Positions 39,281 to 48,493 of a stretch of DNA of 64,000 bases are shown in pieces. The position numbers and the translations under genes are program-made. Positions within the stretch are counted from its first letter, which is position 1. The number at the start of each line of letters is the position of its first letter. This DNA is from an uncultured candidate division Zixibacteria bacterium (GTDB taxonomy: Bacteria; Zixibacteria; MSB-5A5; GN15; FEB-12): positions 1,216,001 through 1,280,000 of the forward strand of contig OY760907.1 in the NCBI GenBank assembly GCA_963664195.1, read 5' to 3'. A model generated the notes under the pieces. That model saw nothing but the letters and a program-made list of their open reading frames with translations. It had not been told where the DNA came from and searched no databases.

Positions 39281-42066
39281 TTACCAACTCTCATTCTCTC
39301 AAGGTATGCGGCGGCCTGAGCCACGGCTGCGCCCGAGTGGAGAATACTATCAGGAATGTCTCTGGGGGCAGAGGCTGCTCCAGCCACAAACACACCGTCG
39401 ATGCTGGTTCTACCCGGGTTTGTGTCTTCGTCTACTTCGCGCACATACGCATGTGCGTCTAGATCAAGATTGCTCTTCTTGAACATATTCGGGGCATCAA
39501 GATTCGGAGAGAACCCGGTGGACAGCACGACCAAATCGTGTTCCATGTGTTTAAGACCGCCGTCTCCATCTATGGCCTCGAACTGCACGTCCAGATTGCC
39601 ATTGTCCAGTTCACCGATTTGAGCTACTCGTCCCTTGACGAAATAGACTCCCATTCCCCTGGCCTGTTCGTAGAACTCGTCGTAACCCTTACCAAAAGCA
39701 CGAATATCAATGTAGTAAATGGTGATATCCGCCAGCGGAAGAGATCCCATGACCAGTTGAGCCTGCTTAATGGAGTACATACAGCAAACTCGAGAACACA
39801 GTGCGTTATCTATGCTCTGGTCACGGGAGCCGGCACACAGCACGTAGGCTATGTTATCAGGCGCCTTGCCGTCCGAGGGTCTGATAACACCATTATAGGG
39901 ACGGGTAGGGGCTAAGATGCGATCCATCTGCATTGCTGTTATAACATTCGGGAACTTACCATAACCATACGTCGGTTTGCGATGAGCATCGAAAAGATTA
40001 AACCCGGTTGACACGATAACAGATTTCACGTCAATGGTTTCCTCTTCATCCCGCAGGTCAAAGTCGATGGCGTGCGCCGGACAGGCCTTTACACATTGAT
40101 GACATTCAGAGCAGACGCCGCAATCCAGACACCGATTCGCACCGTAGCGAGCTTCCTCTTCAGTAAAGGGGATCTCAACCTCGACCATACTACTAACCCT
40201 CTGGGATACGGGAAGCTCCTTCTTTTCAGTTGGGATGCGCTCCGATATCGGTGCGCGAGGTGTTTCTAAGCCTACAATAGGGAGTAACTGCTTGTGACCG
40301 GAGCCGTTGCCATTTCCACTGCCATTTGAGTTTGAGCGTGATAGAACCGAAGTTGCATTAACCATCGGAAGCCTGTTGTCAAACGTGATGCCACTAAGCG
40401 ACTCGCCTTTGAGCAAACGATCAATGTAGAAGGCCGCCCGTTTTCCCTGACCGATGGCACTGACAATCATTGATGGCCCAGAGACAGCATCACCTCCAGC
40501 GAAAACTGAGGGCATTGATGTTTCGAGTGTTTCCTCGTTCGCTTGAATGGTCCCGTTGTAATCGAGATCAAGCTCTTTGGCAAACGGCGACGTACTGGGC
40601 TTGAGGCCAATTGCAAGAATCACCAAATCAACAGCAGTACGTTTTTCAGAATCGGTAACGGGAATAGGTCGCCGCCGCCCACTGTCATCCGGCTCACCGA
40701 GCTTCATTGTGATGCTTTCAACCGCCTTCAGCTGACCGTTCTCTCCAATGAAGCGCACAGGATTAATTAACGTTTGCAACATGACGCCCTCATCTAAAGC
40801 CGCCTCGACTTCCCAGTCATGAGCAGGCATTTCCGTTCGACTTCTTCGGTACTGTATGATGACTTCCTCAGCACCCAATCGAATTGCCACTCTGGCCGGA
40901 TCGATGGCCGCATTGCCGCCACCAACCACCATTACGGTCTTCCCTTTCAGGTCTACGCTTTCCGGCGAGTTTGCCTGCTTTAGAAAAGCCATACAATCGG
41001 TAACACCCTCGAGGTCTTCGCCCTCTATGCCCATCTTCATTCCTTCCATAGTTCCCAGAGCCAGAAAGGTGGCATCAAATCCCTGCGACTTCAGTGAATC
41101 AATGGATGAAACTGGGGAGCCTGTCTTGATTTCAATGCCAAGAGCGGTGATGTTCTTGATGTCTCGATCAACCACGTCTTTCGGCAGCCGGTAGGCGGGT
41201 ATGCCATAACGTAGCATTCCTCCGGGCTGGGCGGCAGACTCAAATATGGTCACATTATAACCGCGTCGCCCCAGATGATAGGCAGCCGATAGACCTGTCG
41301 GCCCGGAGCCGACTATAGCAATATTCTTGTCCGGTATCTGTTCCGGGGGACCGTATTCTGGCTCCGGATGACTTTCGTAGTATCGGTCGACCATGAACCG
41401 TTTGATCGCCCGTATCGGCACCGTACCTTCAAGGTCACCGCGCGTGCATTCCCCTTCACAGGGAGCATAACAGGCTCGACTAAGGCTACCGGGCAGGGGG
41501 GCATCCTCCATATGCAGGTGAAAGGCCTCCTCAAATTTGCCAGCGCGGACCAACGATACATAACCGTGAGCTTTTACACCTGCCGGGCATGAGAACGTGC
41601 ATGGAGACGTCCCGTCCCTTACCATAACTGCCTTCTTGGGAACGGCCTGAGGAAACGGAATATGGATTGCACGATGGGCGGCCAGCTCGAAATTGAACGG
41701 ATCCGGTTTCACAACTGTACAGACTTGCTCACATTCACCACATCCGGTACACGCAGCTGAGTTAACGAAAGTGGATCTCTTGTGGAGTTTGACCTTGAAT
41801 CCGCCCCTGTCCGTATTGGTGATCTCATCAATGTGGCTTGATGTTGCAATAGTGATATTGGGGTGGTGAGCAGTGGATGCCATCTTAGGAGTGGAGATGC
41901 AACTGGCGCAGTCAAGAGTCGGGAATACCTTGCTGAGTAAGACCATCTTGCCACCTATGCTGGCTTCCTTTTCTACCAGCAGCACATTATAGCCCATGTC
42001 TCCAAGGGTCAGTGACGACTCCATCCCAGCAATACCACCGCCGACAACTAATACGTCATAATTCAT
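39277..42066 (-). CDS. HdrA/HdrL-like flavoprotein with an inserted GltD/NfnB-like NAD(P)H oxidoreductase module
   Basis: VVGGGIAG, FPTLDCASC, ferredoxin motifs, SPCTFSCP...CYAPCEGEC, GSGPTG, GGGNAAID, CLDCGVCSEC, CAGSR and CSRVCC; start moved to MNYDV. Confidence 0.85.
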   Translation of the reverse strand: MNYDVLVVGGGIAGMESSLTLGDMGYNVLLVEKEASIGGKMVLLSKVFPTLDCASCISTPKMASTAHHPNITIATSSHIDEITNTDRGGFKVKLHKRSTFVNSAACTGCGECEQVCTVVKPDPFNFELAAHRAIHIPFPQAVPKKAVMVRDGTSPCTFSCPAGVKAHGYVSLVRAGKFEEAFHLHMEDAPLPGSLSRACYAPCEGECTRGDLEGTVPIRAIKRFMVDRYYESHPEPEYGPPEQIPDKNIAIVGSGPTGLSAAYHLGRRGYNVTIFESAAQPGGMLRYGIPAYRLPKDVVDRDIKNITALGIEIKTGSPVSSIDSLKSQGFDATFLALGTMEGMKMGIEGEDLEGVTDCMAFLKQANSPESVDLKGKTVMVVGGGNAAIDPARVAIRLGAEEVIIQYRRSRTEMPAHDWEVEAALDEGVMLQTLINPVRFIGENGQLKAVESITMKLGEPDDSGRRRPIPVTDSEKRTAVDLVILAIGLKPSTSPFAKELDLDYNGTIQANEETLETSMPSVFAGGDAVSGPSMIVSAIGQGKRAAFYIDRLLKGESLSGITFDNRLPMVNATSVLSRSNSNGSGNGNGSGHKQLLPIVGLETPRAPISERIPTEKKELPVSQRVSSMVEVEIPFTEEEARYGANRCLDCGVCSECHQCVKACPAHAIDFDLRDEEETIDVKSVIVSTGFNLFDAHRKPTYGYGKFPNVITAMQMDRILAPTRPYNGVIRPSDGKAPDNIAYVLCAGSRDQSIDNALCSRVCCMYSIKQAQLVMGSLPLADITIYYIDIRAFGKGYDEFYEQARGMGVYFVKGRVAQIGELDNGNLDVQFEAIDGDGGLKHMEHDLVVLSTGFSPNLDAPNMFKKSNLDLDAHAYVREVDEDTNPGRTSIDGVFVAGAASAPRDIPDSILHSGAAVAQAAAYLERMRVGK

Positions 42067-42104
42067 GTACCAAAACCTCTCGAAGAAGGGTCGGTTTCGC
42101 ATGC

Positions 42105-42120
42105 TGTGAATCTATTCACA
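42105..42120. promoter_or_regulatory. Rex- or CRP-type palindrome upstream of the large HdrA-like gene
   Basis: TGTGAATCTATTCACA fits both TGTGAA-N4-TTCACA and TGTGA-N6-TCACA. Confidence 0.5.
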
Positions 42121-42138
42121 TTCGTGTGGAAAACTTCA

Positions 42139-42573
42139 TTATCGAGTGACTTTTTCACTGTGCGACTCGAGCTTGACCAAAGCAGTCTTGAATTTATCCA
42201 TATGTGACTGAAAGGATTCAGCGCATACTGAGCAGATTGCCGCCATTTTCAGTCGCCTTGGATCAACACGATTTTCCTCCAGGAGCGTCTGAGACCTTTG
42301 GATAACTTCACCGGTCCGTTTCGTACAGTCTGGCAAGTAAGCACAGTCCGTCCCATCGGCGGCTACGAACACTCCATCAAAGCCGGCGTTGATCGCATGC
42401 AGCACCCATGCCGGTTTTATACCGCTCGAGCACGGAACCTGCACTACCAGCACGGACGAGGAATAAGGCATGTGAGATCCGCCAGCTAAATCAATCCCGG
42501 GATCCGAGATATTGTTGGTTGAAAACACAAGTATTTTGGGTTCCCGACCCGTATCGGCTGTGTTAGATGTCAT
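42139..42573 (-). CDS. mvhD: MvhD/FlpD-like hydrogenase iron-sulfur subunit (variant)
   Basis: PKILVF...DLAG...VPCSSGI...GFDGVFV...DC; TAATG overlap with tusA. Confidence 0.75.
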   Translation of the reverse strand: MTSNTADTGREPKILVFSTNNISDPGIDLAGGSHMPYSSSVLVVQVPCSSGIKPAWVLHAINAGFDGVFVAADGTDCAYLPDCTKRTGEVIQRSQTLLEENRVDPRRLKMAAICSVCAESFQSHMDKFKTALVKLESHSEKVTR

Positions 42574-42827
42574 TACTTCATCCTGCGTACGAATAGTCTC
42601 CAATGGCCGGCTTCCTCGATATTGCCAAGGTATTCATGTCCAATCTTCTTGCACCACAGCGGAATGTCATCATTGGTGCCTTCGTCTGATGAAAGCACTT
42701 CCATGATTCCATTCTTCGGGACTTCTGCCATACCACGCTTGGCTTCGAGCAACGGACCTGGGCACGCAGTACCGCGGGCGTCTACGACTTTACTGACATC
42801 CAGTTTTGCGAGCTCTTCTGTGATCAT
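42573..42827 (-). CDS. tusA: TusA family sulfurtransferase
   Basis: VDARGTACPGP motif. Confidence 0.9.
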   Translation of the reverse strand: MITEELAKLDVSKVVDARGTACPGPLLEAKRGMAEVPKNGIMEVLSSDEGTNDDIPLWCKKIGHEYLGNIEEAGHWRLFVRRMK

Positions 42828-42865
42828 CTCTTTTGTCTCCCAATAAAAACCTGTTGATAGTCAAA

Positions 42866-42899
42866 CTATCATATATGCGCAGGTATGCATATATGATAG
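42866..42899. promoter_or_regulatory. Perfect 13-bp inverted repeat upstream of tusA (candidate ArsR operator)
   Basis: CTATCATATATGC-N8-GCATATATGATAG; a related TATCTGCGCATAAATATATATACG lies upstream of arsR at ~43265-43288. Confidence 0.6.
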
Positions 42900-42909
42900 A
42901 AAAAAAATA

Positions 42910-43242
42910 CTACCGTTCCTTAATCAAACCTCTGGCTTTCTTACCTCGTACATCCATTCCGTCAAGCAGCATGGACCGGATCTCGGCACAAACTTTGGGC
43001 AACCTTGAATGAGTCAAGCGATAGTAGACGGTCTGCCCTTCCTGACGAGAAGCCACAATGTGACGCGAGCGCATTACCCTAAGGTGTTGGCTGATATTGC
43101 TATGGGGCACTTCAAGCGCATCGGCGATCTCGCCAACGCTCATTTCCTTCTTGGCCAGTAGCTCTACGATCATCAGTCTTTTGGGACTGGCGATCATCTT
43201 ACAGAACTCCGCATGCAGCTCGTATATTTCTTTGTCCTTCAT
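42910..43242 (-). CDS. ArsR/SmtB family transcriptional regulator
   Basis: PKRLMIVELL, VGEIA...SNISQHL...GQTVYYRL; start moved to MKDKE. Confidence 0.9.
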   Translation of the reverse strand: MKDKEIYELHAEFCKMIASPKRLMIVELLAKKEMSVGEIADALEVPHSNISQHLRVMRSRHIVASRQEGQTVYYRLTHSRLPKVCAEIRSMLLDGMDVRGKKARGLIKER

Positions 43243-43482
43243 AATCCATTGCAACCTTTGTACGTATCTGCGCATAAATATATATACGTGCATTCGCATT
43301 GTCAAGCAGACAATTGACTTTTTTGTCAAGAGAATGTCAGTTCACTGTGACCAAGTTGTGACCACGATCGTCGTAGGTTATTGCATGATATTCAGCGATA
43401 TAGCTCAGTGGTGGTGGGGGCGATCAAATGATCCGGCCTGCTTATTGCTGTAACGTATTGATTGGCACATGCTTATATCAAA

Positions 43483-43846
43483 TGGAGGTGGGGGGAATCG
43501 AACCCCCGTCCGAGAATAATGCCAGGCCGTCGTCTACGTGCATAGTCAGTCTATATATTCTCGCTAAAATCGCTGCCGATTGACAGGCCACGACTAAAGC
43601 CAGTCTTTACATTTAAGCGCTGCTTAAAGACGTCGCAGCACCGAGTCTCCTTTATCGACGCCGTAGCCCAACCCTGAAGACAAAGAATCAGGTACGACGA
43701 GCTGCGCTAAGTACGGTTAGTACTAGGCAGCCATGGCGTAATCGTATTCGCCAAATATGTGTTTCGCCCGGTTTGTTAACGAGGCCCCAGACAACCCCGA
43801 CACGCTGACAACCCCTCACTAAACCCGTCGAAACCAGATCACCCCC
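43483..43846 (-). ncRNA. ssrA: Transfer-messenger RNA; predicted tag (A)GEYDYAMAA* at 43723-43752
   Basis: 5' GGGGGTGATCTGGTTTCGAC, 3' GACGGGGGTTCGATTCCCCCCACCTCCA, length 364 nt, and a tag ORF ending YAMAA. Confidence 0.95.
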
Positions 43847-44641
43847 ATGCTAGGCATGTTATGACGCTTCGCGCAGGCACGGCCTGTTTCACCGCTTCGC
43901 GCCAACGGGAAAGCCCCAGCTTGAGACTCAGGCCTTGGTGCGGCGATGGCAACTGCAGGGCGAGTCGCGTCACAGCCAATCCCACCATAAATGGTGGGCC
44001 ACCAAAGCACGAGTTTCAGCAACGTGCGCCTCAGCCGGGAGCCGCCCGGTGCCCCACAGCTTGCTGTGGAATCCAAACCTGCCGGCTGCACTCACAACTC
44101 CTCTGCCGATCCCGCAGATATTCGCAAGCGTCGAGAGATGATTCGTTCAGGACGAATCAAAGTAAGAGAGGTGTTACCTCTCCAGATGTCAAAGAACAAC
44201 CATTATACATAATATAGCCTGTCGGCCGGAATATTCAACCGCCAAGTCCTCAAACGCGAGAAAACTACAAAGGTTTCAGCCAACATTGGCCTACTCCCCT
44301 ATAACACGAAGTTTTGACCGTAGCGTGACTTCCTACTATGCAGTTCGTTAAACCAAGCAAATCCAACGACTTGCCGCAACTAACGTACTTGCAACAATTT
44401 AGACCAGTATCTGATATGGGTACAATATATATAGTACATAGAAACGCTTTGCATATAGCTCAGTAGGGTGGAACCCTTTAGCGGTTCCGCCGGAAAGAGA
44501 GCCGCCTGCGGCGACATCGGCAGAACCGCTTCGCAAGTGTTTTTTGAAACGGGGAAATTTGTGCATTCTGGTTCTGCCCTACAAAGACTGACAGACAAGT
44601 CTGTGAGCCGGTCGAAGTGTGGACCGAACAGTCCTTCTGCG

Positions 44642-45484
44642 CTATTGCTCCTCAGTCGCTTCAGCCGCCCCGGCACAGACTTGTTCCTGGGGCTCTACGG
44701 TCTGCCCGTCAGCCGGTACTTCCGACGGTTTGCCGTTCCGCTTTCTCAATACCTTCCCAGTCGACTTCTTCACTTTGGCCCATGCCTTGTCAGCAAGTTC
44801 TCCTTCGGCAACCTCTCTCTTCAAGACATCGCTCGAAACGATTTTCGCAATCTCGTCCGTAGCTATCTTGAGACCGGGGGCGGATCGACGGAGTTCTCTC
44901 CGGATAACTTCCAGCACGGCATCCGTTCGTATTATGGCACCGATGACAAATCGATTTACACTCTGAATACGCTCATGGTAGACTTCGATGGCTGCCTTCC
45001 CCAATCCTTCCCGACAGAGCAGAAATAGTTTGTCCTGCTCTTCTCCGTGACGGGGGTTAAGCTCGAGAATGTTGAAAGACGTCACGAGATCCCAGCTGAC
45101 AGGTCGTTCGAATTTAAGGCTATACACTTGCCAATCCACGCCGTTGGTTAGCACTACCCATTGAATGCCTTCGTTGACCCCATAATTAACGGCTTGCCGA
45201 AGGTGGTTTTCTTTGAGGTCAAGGCCAATTGCCTTTACTTCCACTAAGTATTTGACTTTGCCGTCGAGCTTCACGGCCAGATCACAGTAGGTGCCCCGTA
45301 TGGCTTGTTCGCTGGTAATTTCCGTATACTTGTCGAAACCGAATACCGTCGCCAACATGTCGGCTATGATGGTTACCGTGTCCGACTCATTGACATCGCG
45401 GTCCTTGGCGCCTTTCAGCACAGGCTGAAATCGCGCAACCTCTTTGCCAAGCCTATCGGCAACCTTCTTTGGAATCGCAATCAT
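44642..45484 (-). CDS. Type I restriction enzyme HsdR N-terminal-like (PD-(D/E)xK) domain protein
   Basis: NESDT...E...CDLAV...VEVK...QAVNY...VLTNGVDW; start moved to MIAIP. Confidence 0.8.
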   Translation of the reverse strand: MIAIPKKVADRLGKEVARFQPVLKGAKDRDVNESDTVTIIADMLATVFGFDKYTEITSEQAIRGTYCDLAVKLDGKVKYLVEVKAIGLDLKENHLRQAVNYGVNEGIQWVVLTNGVDWQVYSLKFERPVSWDLVTSFNILELNPRHGEEQDKLFLLCREGLGKAAIEVYHERIQSVNRFVIGAIIRTDAVLEVIRRELRRSAPGLKIATDEIAKIVSSDVLKREVAEGELADKAWAKVKKSTGKVLRKRNGKPSEVPADGQTVEPQEQVCAGAAEATEEQ

Positions 45485-46304
45485 TTGAATCTCCCCTTGA
45501 GTTTCGCATATTCTTATTCGTTGTCTTCCCACAATGCGGACAGACAGAGGCGTTCTTACGCTCAAACGCTTCCGAGAATCCCGATGCCAGTATCCCGGCG
45601 GGTAGCGCGAACAGTCCTATGCCGAGAATTGCTATTATGGCACCAAGTATCTTCCCGAGCGCCGTTATGGGATAGACGTCTCCGTACCCCACAGTCGTCA
45701 GTGTCGCCACCCCCCACCACATCGTCGCCGGAATGCTCGAGAATGCCACGGGCTGAACGGAGTGTTCAACATGGTACATGACGCTCGACGCCAGAATCAG
45801 CAGCACAACAACCGCAAAAACGCTTACGGACAATTCCTCACGCTTTGATTTGAGGACTCTTCCGAGCGTCTGCATTGCCTCTGAGTATCTACCGAGCTTA
45901 AGTAGTCTGCTCAGCCGTAAGAGTCTCAGAACACGAACAAAACGCATATCATACGGCAATAGAAGGGGTAGGTAGAAGGGCAGAATCGCCATAATATCTA
46001 CTATCAGCATTGGAGTGGCCGCAAATCGTACTCTACCTGTCAACCATCCTGAGTATCGACCGTCTTCATTGCATGTCCACAGCCTAGCCAGATATTCTAT
46101 CGAGAACACGATCACCGACAGAATCTCGAACCGGTCCAAGGCTGCGCCATACTGCTCTCGTATACTCGCCACAGTCTCCAGGATAACGGCGAGAACATTC
46201 GCAGCAATCAGTACGGTCATGAACAAATTTATGGATCGAGACCATCGGTCCGAGAGATCCGACGATTCTAAGATGGAGTGTAGTCGTTTCTTGATATCAG
46301 ACAT
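45453..46304 (-). CDS. Voltage-gated potassium channel-like ion transporter
   Basis: S4 RVLRLLRLSRLLK and selectivity filter TTVGYGD. Confidence 0.92.
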   Translation of the reverse strand: MSDIKKRLHSILESSDLSDRWSRSINLFMTVLIAANVLAVILETVASIREQYGAALDRFEILSVIVFSIEYLARLWTCNEDGRYSGWLTGRVRFAATPMLIVDIMAILPFYLPLLLPYDMRFVRVLRLLRLSRLLKLGRYSEAMQTLGRVLKSKREELSVSVFAVVVLLILASSVMYHVEHSVQPVAFSSIPATMWWGVATLTTVGYGDVYPITALGKILGAIIAILGIGLFALPAGILASGFSEAFERKNASVCPHCGKTTNKNMRNSRGDSNDCDSKEGCR

Positions 46305-46435
46305 CTATTACGATGCTGCCTTGCTTCAATGCGATTCTTGACTCTGAGAACCCCGATCATGCAACCAACATGACCAATATAGATAGCTGGTGCTACTATG
46401 TCAAGCCCGAGAATCGCGCAACTCACTCCACCCCC

Positions 46436-48334
46436 CTACACCGTCAAGCGAATCCCCACCTCGATTGCCCGGTCCTCCGGAATTTCAAAAAACGCCGAGG
46501 CGTCAGAGGCGTTTCGCGACAGGTACGCAAAGAGATGCGCGCGCCATCGACTCATCTGCCTGCCGCTGTTAACAACGAGCTTCTCCCGGCCAAGGAAGTA
46601 ACTTGTCTGGTCAAGCGGCACGTCGTCCAGGCCCTGCCCTGATGCCAGCTCAAGTACGCGCGGTACGCTGGGAGATTCCATAAAGCCGTAAGAGGCCGTT
46701 ATCTGATGAAATCCGGAGCCGAGGTCTTCGATAAGCAACTTGTCTACATTGGGCACGCGAGGTACGTCGAGAAATGTGAAATTCAGCAGCAGCACGGTCG
46801 TGTGCATGACCTTATTGTGCTCCAGATTGTGGACCATGGCTACAGGCATGATGCGGGGTTGGCCGGTCATGAAAACAGCGTGCCCCCTGACTCGAGCCGT
46901 CTTCTCCTCCGTCATTCGTTTCTTCAACTCGGCGAAAGGCACCGTCAGCGCCCGCAACTCCTCGCCCAGAATTTCACGTCCTCGTTTCCAGGTGACCATG
47001 ACAAGCATGGTCAGGCCGCCCAGAACCAGAGGGAACCAGGCACCGTGCATGATTTTGCTCAGGTTGGCGGAGAAGAAACCCAGATCCACAACAAGGAACA
47101 AGGCAACCGGCAGACCTGCGGCAAGTCTGCTCCATTTCCATTTCTGCCTGGCAACAACATAGAACAGCACGGTCGAGATGAGCATGGTCGCGGTAACAGC
47201 GACGCCGTAGGCAGCGGCCAATTTGCTGGAGGTCTGAAATCCGATAACCAGACTAAGCGTTGCAAGCATCAGAAGCCAGTTCACCTGGGGAACGTATATC
47301 TGGCCGAAATGCTTCGAGGATGTGTGTACGACTCGCAGCCGAGGCAAATACCCCATCTGAATCGCTTGTCGGGTAAGCGAGAACACTCCCGTGATGACTG
47401 CCTGTGAGGCTATTATCGTTGCAAAGGTCGCGAGAATCACCATGGGTACCACCGCCCAGCCCGGCACGGTCGCATAGAACGGATGGTGGGCTTCGGCTGG
47501 ATTCGAAAGAAGCAACGCCCCCTGACCAAAGTAATTGAGCAACAGAGACGGCAACACGAAATAGAACCAGACGAGCCTAATCGGTTTGGTGCCGAAATGC
47601 CCCAGGTCGGCATAGAGTGCCTCCGCACCCGTCACCACCAGAAACACCGCGCCAAGGACGGTGAATCCGTGAAGGCCGGACTCCATGAGAAACCTGATGC
47701 CGTAGACCGGGGACAGGGCTGCCAGTACGCTTGGATGCTGGACCACCTGCCACAGACCAAGAACTGCCAGCACGGAGAACCAGACCAGAATCACAGGACC
47801 AAAGAGCTTTCCTATGTGGGCGGTGCCTCGATGCTGAAGCATGAACAAAGCCGCAAGAATAACCAGCGTCAACGGAATAACGTATTTCTGAAGCTCGGGA
47901 GCTATGATTCTCAGCCCTTCCGCAGCACTCAAGACTGAGATGGCCGGCGTGATCATGCCATCACCATAGAGCAGGCAAGAGGCAAAAACCCCCGCACCGA
48001 TAAGAAACAGGCGTCTTTTGGTAGGTGATCCTGATATGCCATGGATCAGGGCAGTCAGAGCCAACACTCCCCCCTCCCCCTTGTTGTCTGCACGAAAGAT
48101 TAGAGAGAGGTACTTAACGGAGACTATTATGGTCAGTGCCCAGAACATGAGCGAGAGTACGCCAAGAATATTGTCCTCGCTGGGAGCGATTCCATACGCG
48201 CCGTGAAAACACTCTCGAAGAGCATAGAGCGGGCTTGTTCCTATGTCACCAAAAACCACACCGAGAGCGGCCAGCGATAGCGCCGCGAGGGGCCGTTGAT
48301 CAGATGTTATCTTGTTGTTATTTGATCCGTCCAT
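46436..48334 (-). CDS. kup: KUP/HAK/KT potassium uptake transporter
   Basis: GVVFGDIGTSPLY, GEGG, TPAISV and EALYADLGHFG. Confidence 0.96.
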   Translation of the reverse strand: MDGSNNNKITSDQRPLAALSLAALGVVFGDIGTSPLYALRECFHGAYGIAPSEDNILGVLSLMFWALTIIVSVKYLSLIFRADNKGEGGVLALTALIHGISGSPTKRRLFLIGAGVFASCLLYGDGMITPAISVLSAAEGLRIIAPELQKYVIPLTLVILAALFMLQHRGTAHIGKLFGPVILVWFSVLAVLGLWQVVQHPSVLAALSPVYGIRFLMESGLHGFTVLGAVFLVVTGAEALYADLGHFGTKPIRLVWFYFVLPSLLLNYFGQGALLLSNPAEAHHPFYATVPGWAVVPMVILATFATIIASQAVITGVFSLTRQAIQMGYLPRLRVVHTSSKHFGQIYVPQVNWLLMLATLSLVIGFQTSSKLAAAYGVAVTATMLISTVLFYVVARQKWKWSRLAAGLPVALFLVVDLGFFSANLSKIMHGAWFPLVLGGLTMLVMVTWKRGREILGEELRALTVPFAELKKRMTEEKTARVRGHAVFMTGQPRIMPVAMVHNLEHNKVMHTTVLLLNFTFLDVPRVPNVDKLLIEDLGSGFHQITASYGFMESPSVPRVLELASGQGLDDVPLDQTSYFLGREKLVVNSGRQMSRWRAHLFAYLSRNASDASAFFEIPEDRAIEVGIRLTV

Positions 48335-48493
48335 CGTCCAACTTCGTCTCCATGAAAAGAATGGTCGGACAACCGGGCACGATTGATTGCCCCGTCCCGA
48401 CCCTTACCTTCGCAAATGACAACGGCTATTATACATGAATAGAGCCGATGAGTAATCAAAAACTTCTCACGAAAAGAGACTGCTGAGAGGCCC

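Larger units (their letters stand above)
27960..43500. mobile_element. Genomic island integrated at the 3' end of ssrA (no integrase seen)
   Basis: Direct repeats of the ssrA 3' end at both borders, IS debris inside, and visibly more AT-rich segments. Confidence 0.65.

Noticed and set aside
36996..42573. Selenocysteine recoding in the Hdr/Mvh genes
   Set aside because: The ORFs are continuous with no in-frame TGA at Cys positions.
43866..44118. RNase P RNA or SRP RNA
   Set aside because: Neither GAGGAAAGTCC nor the SRP CAGG-x-CCGGAAGG-x-AGCAG core is present on either strand.
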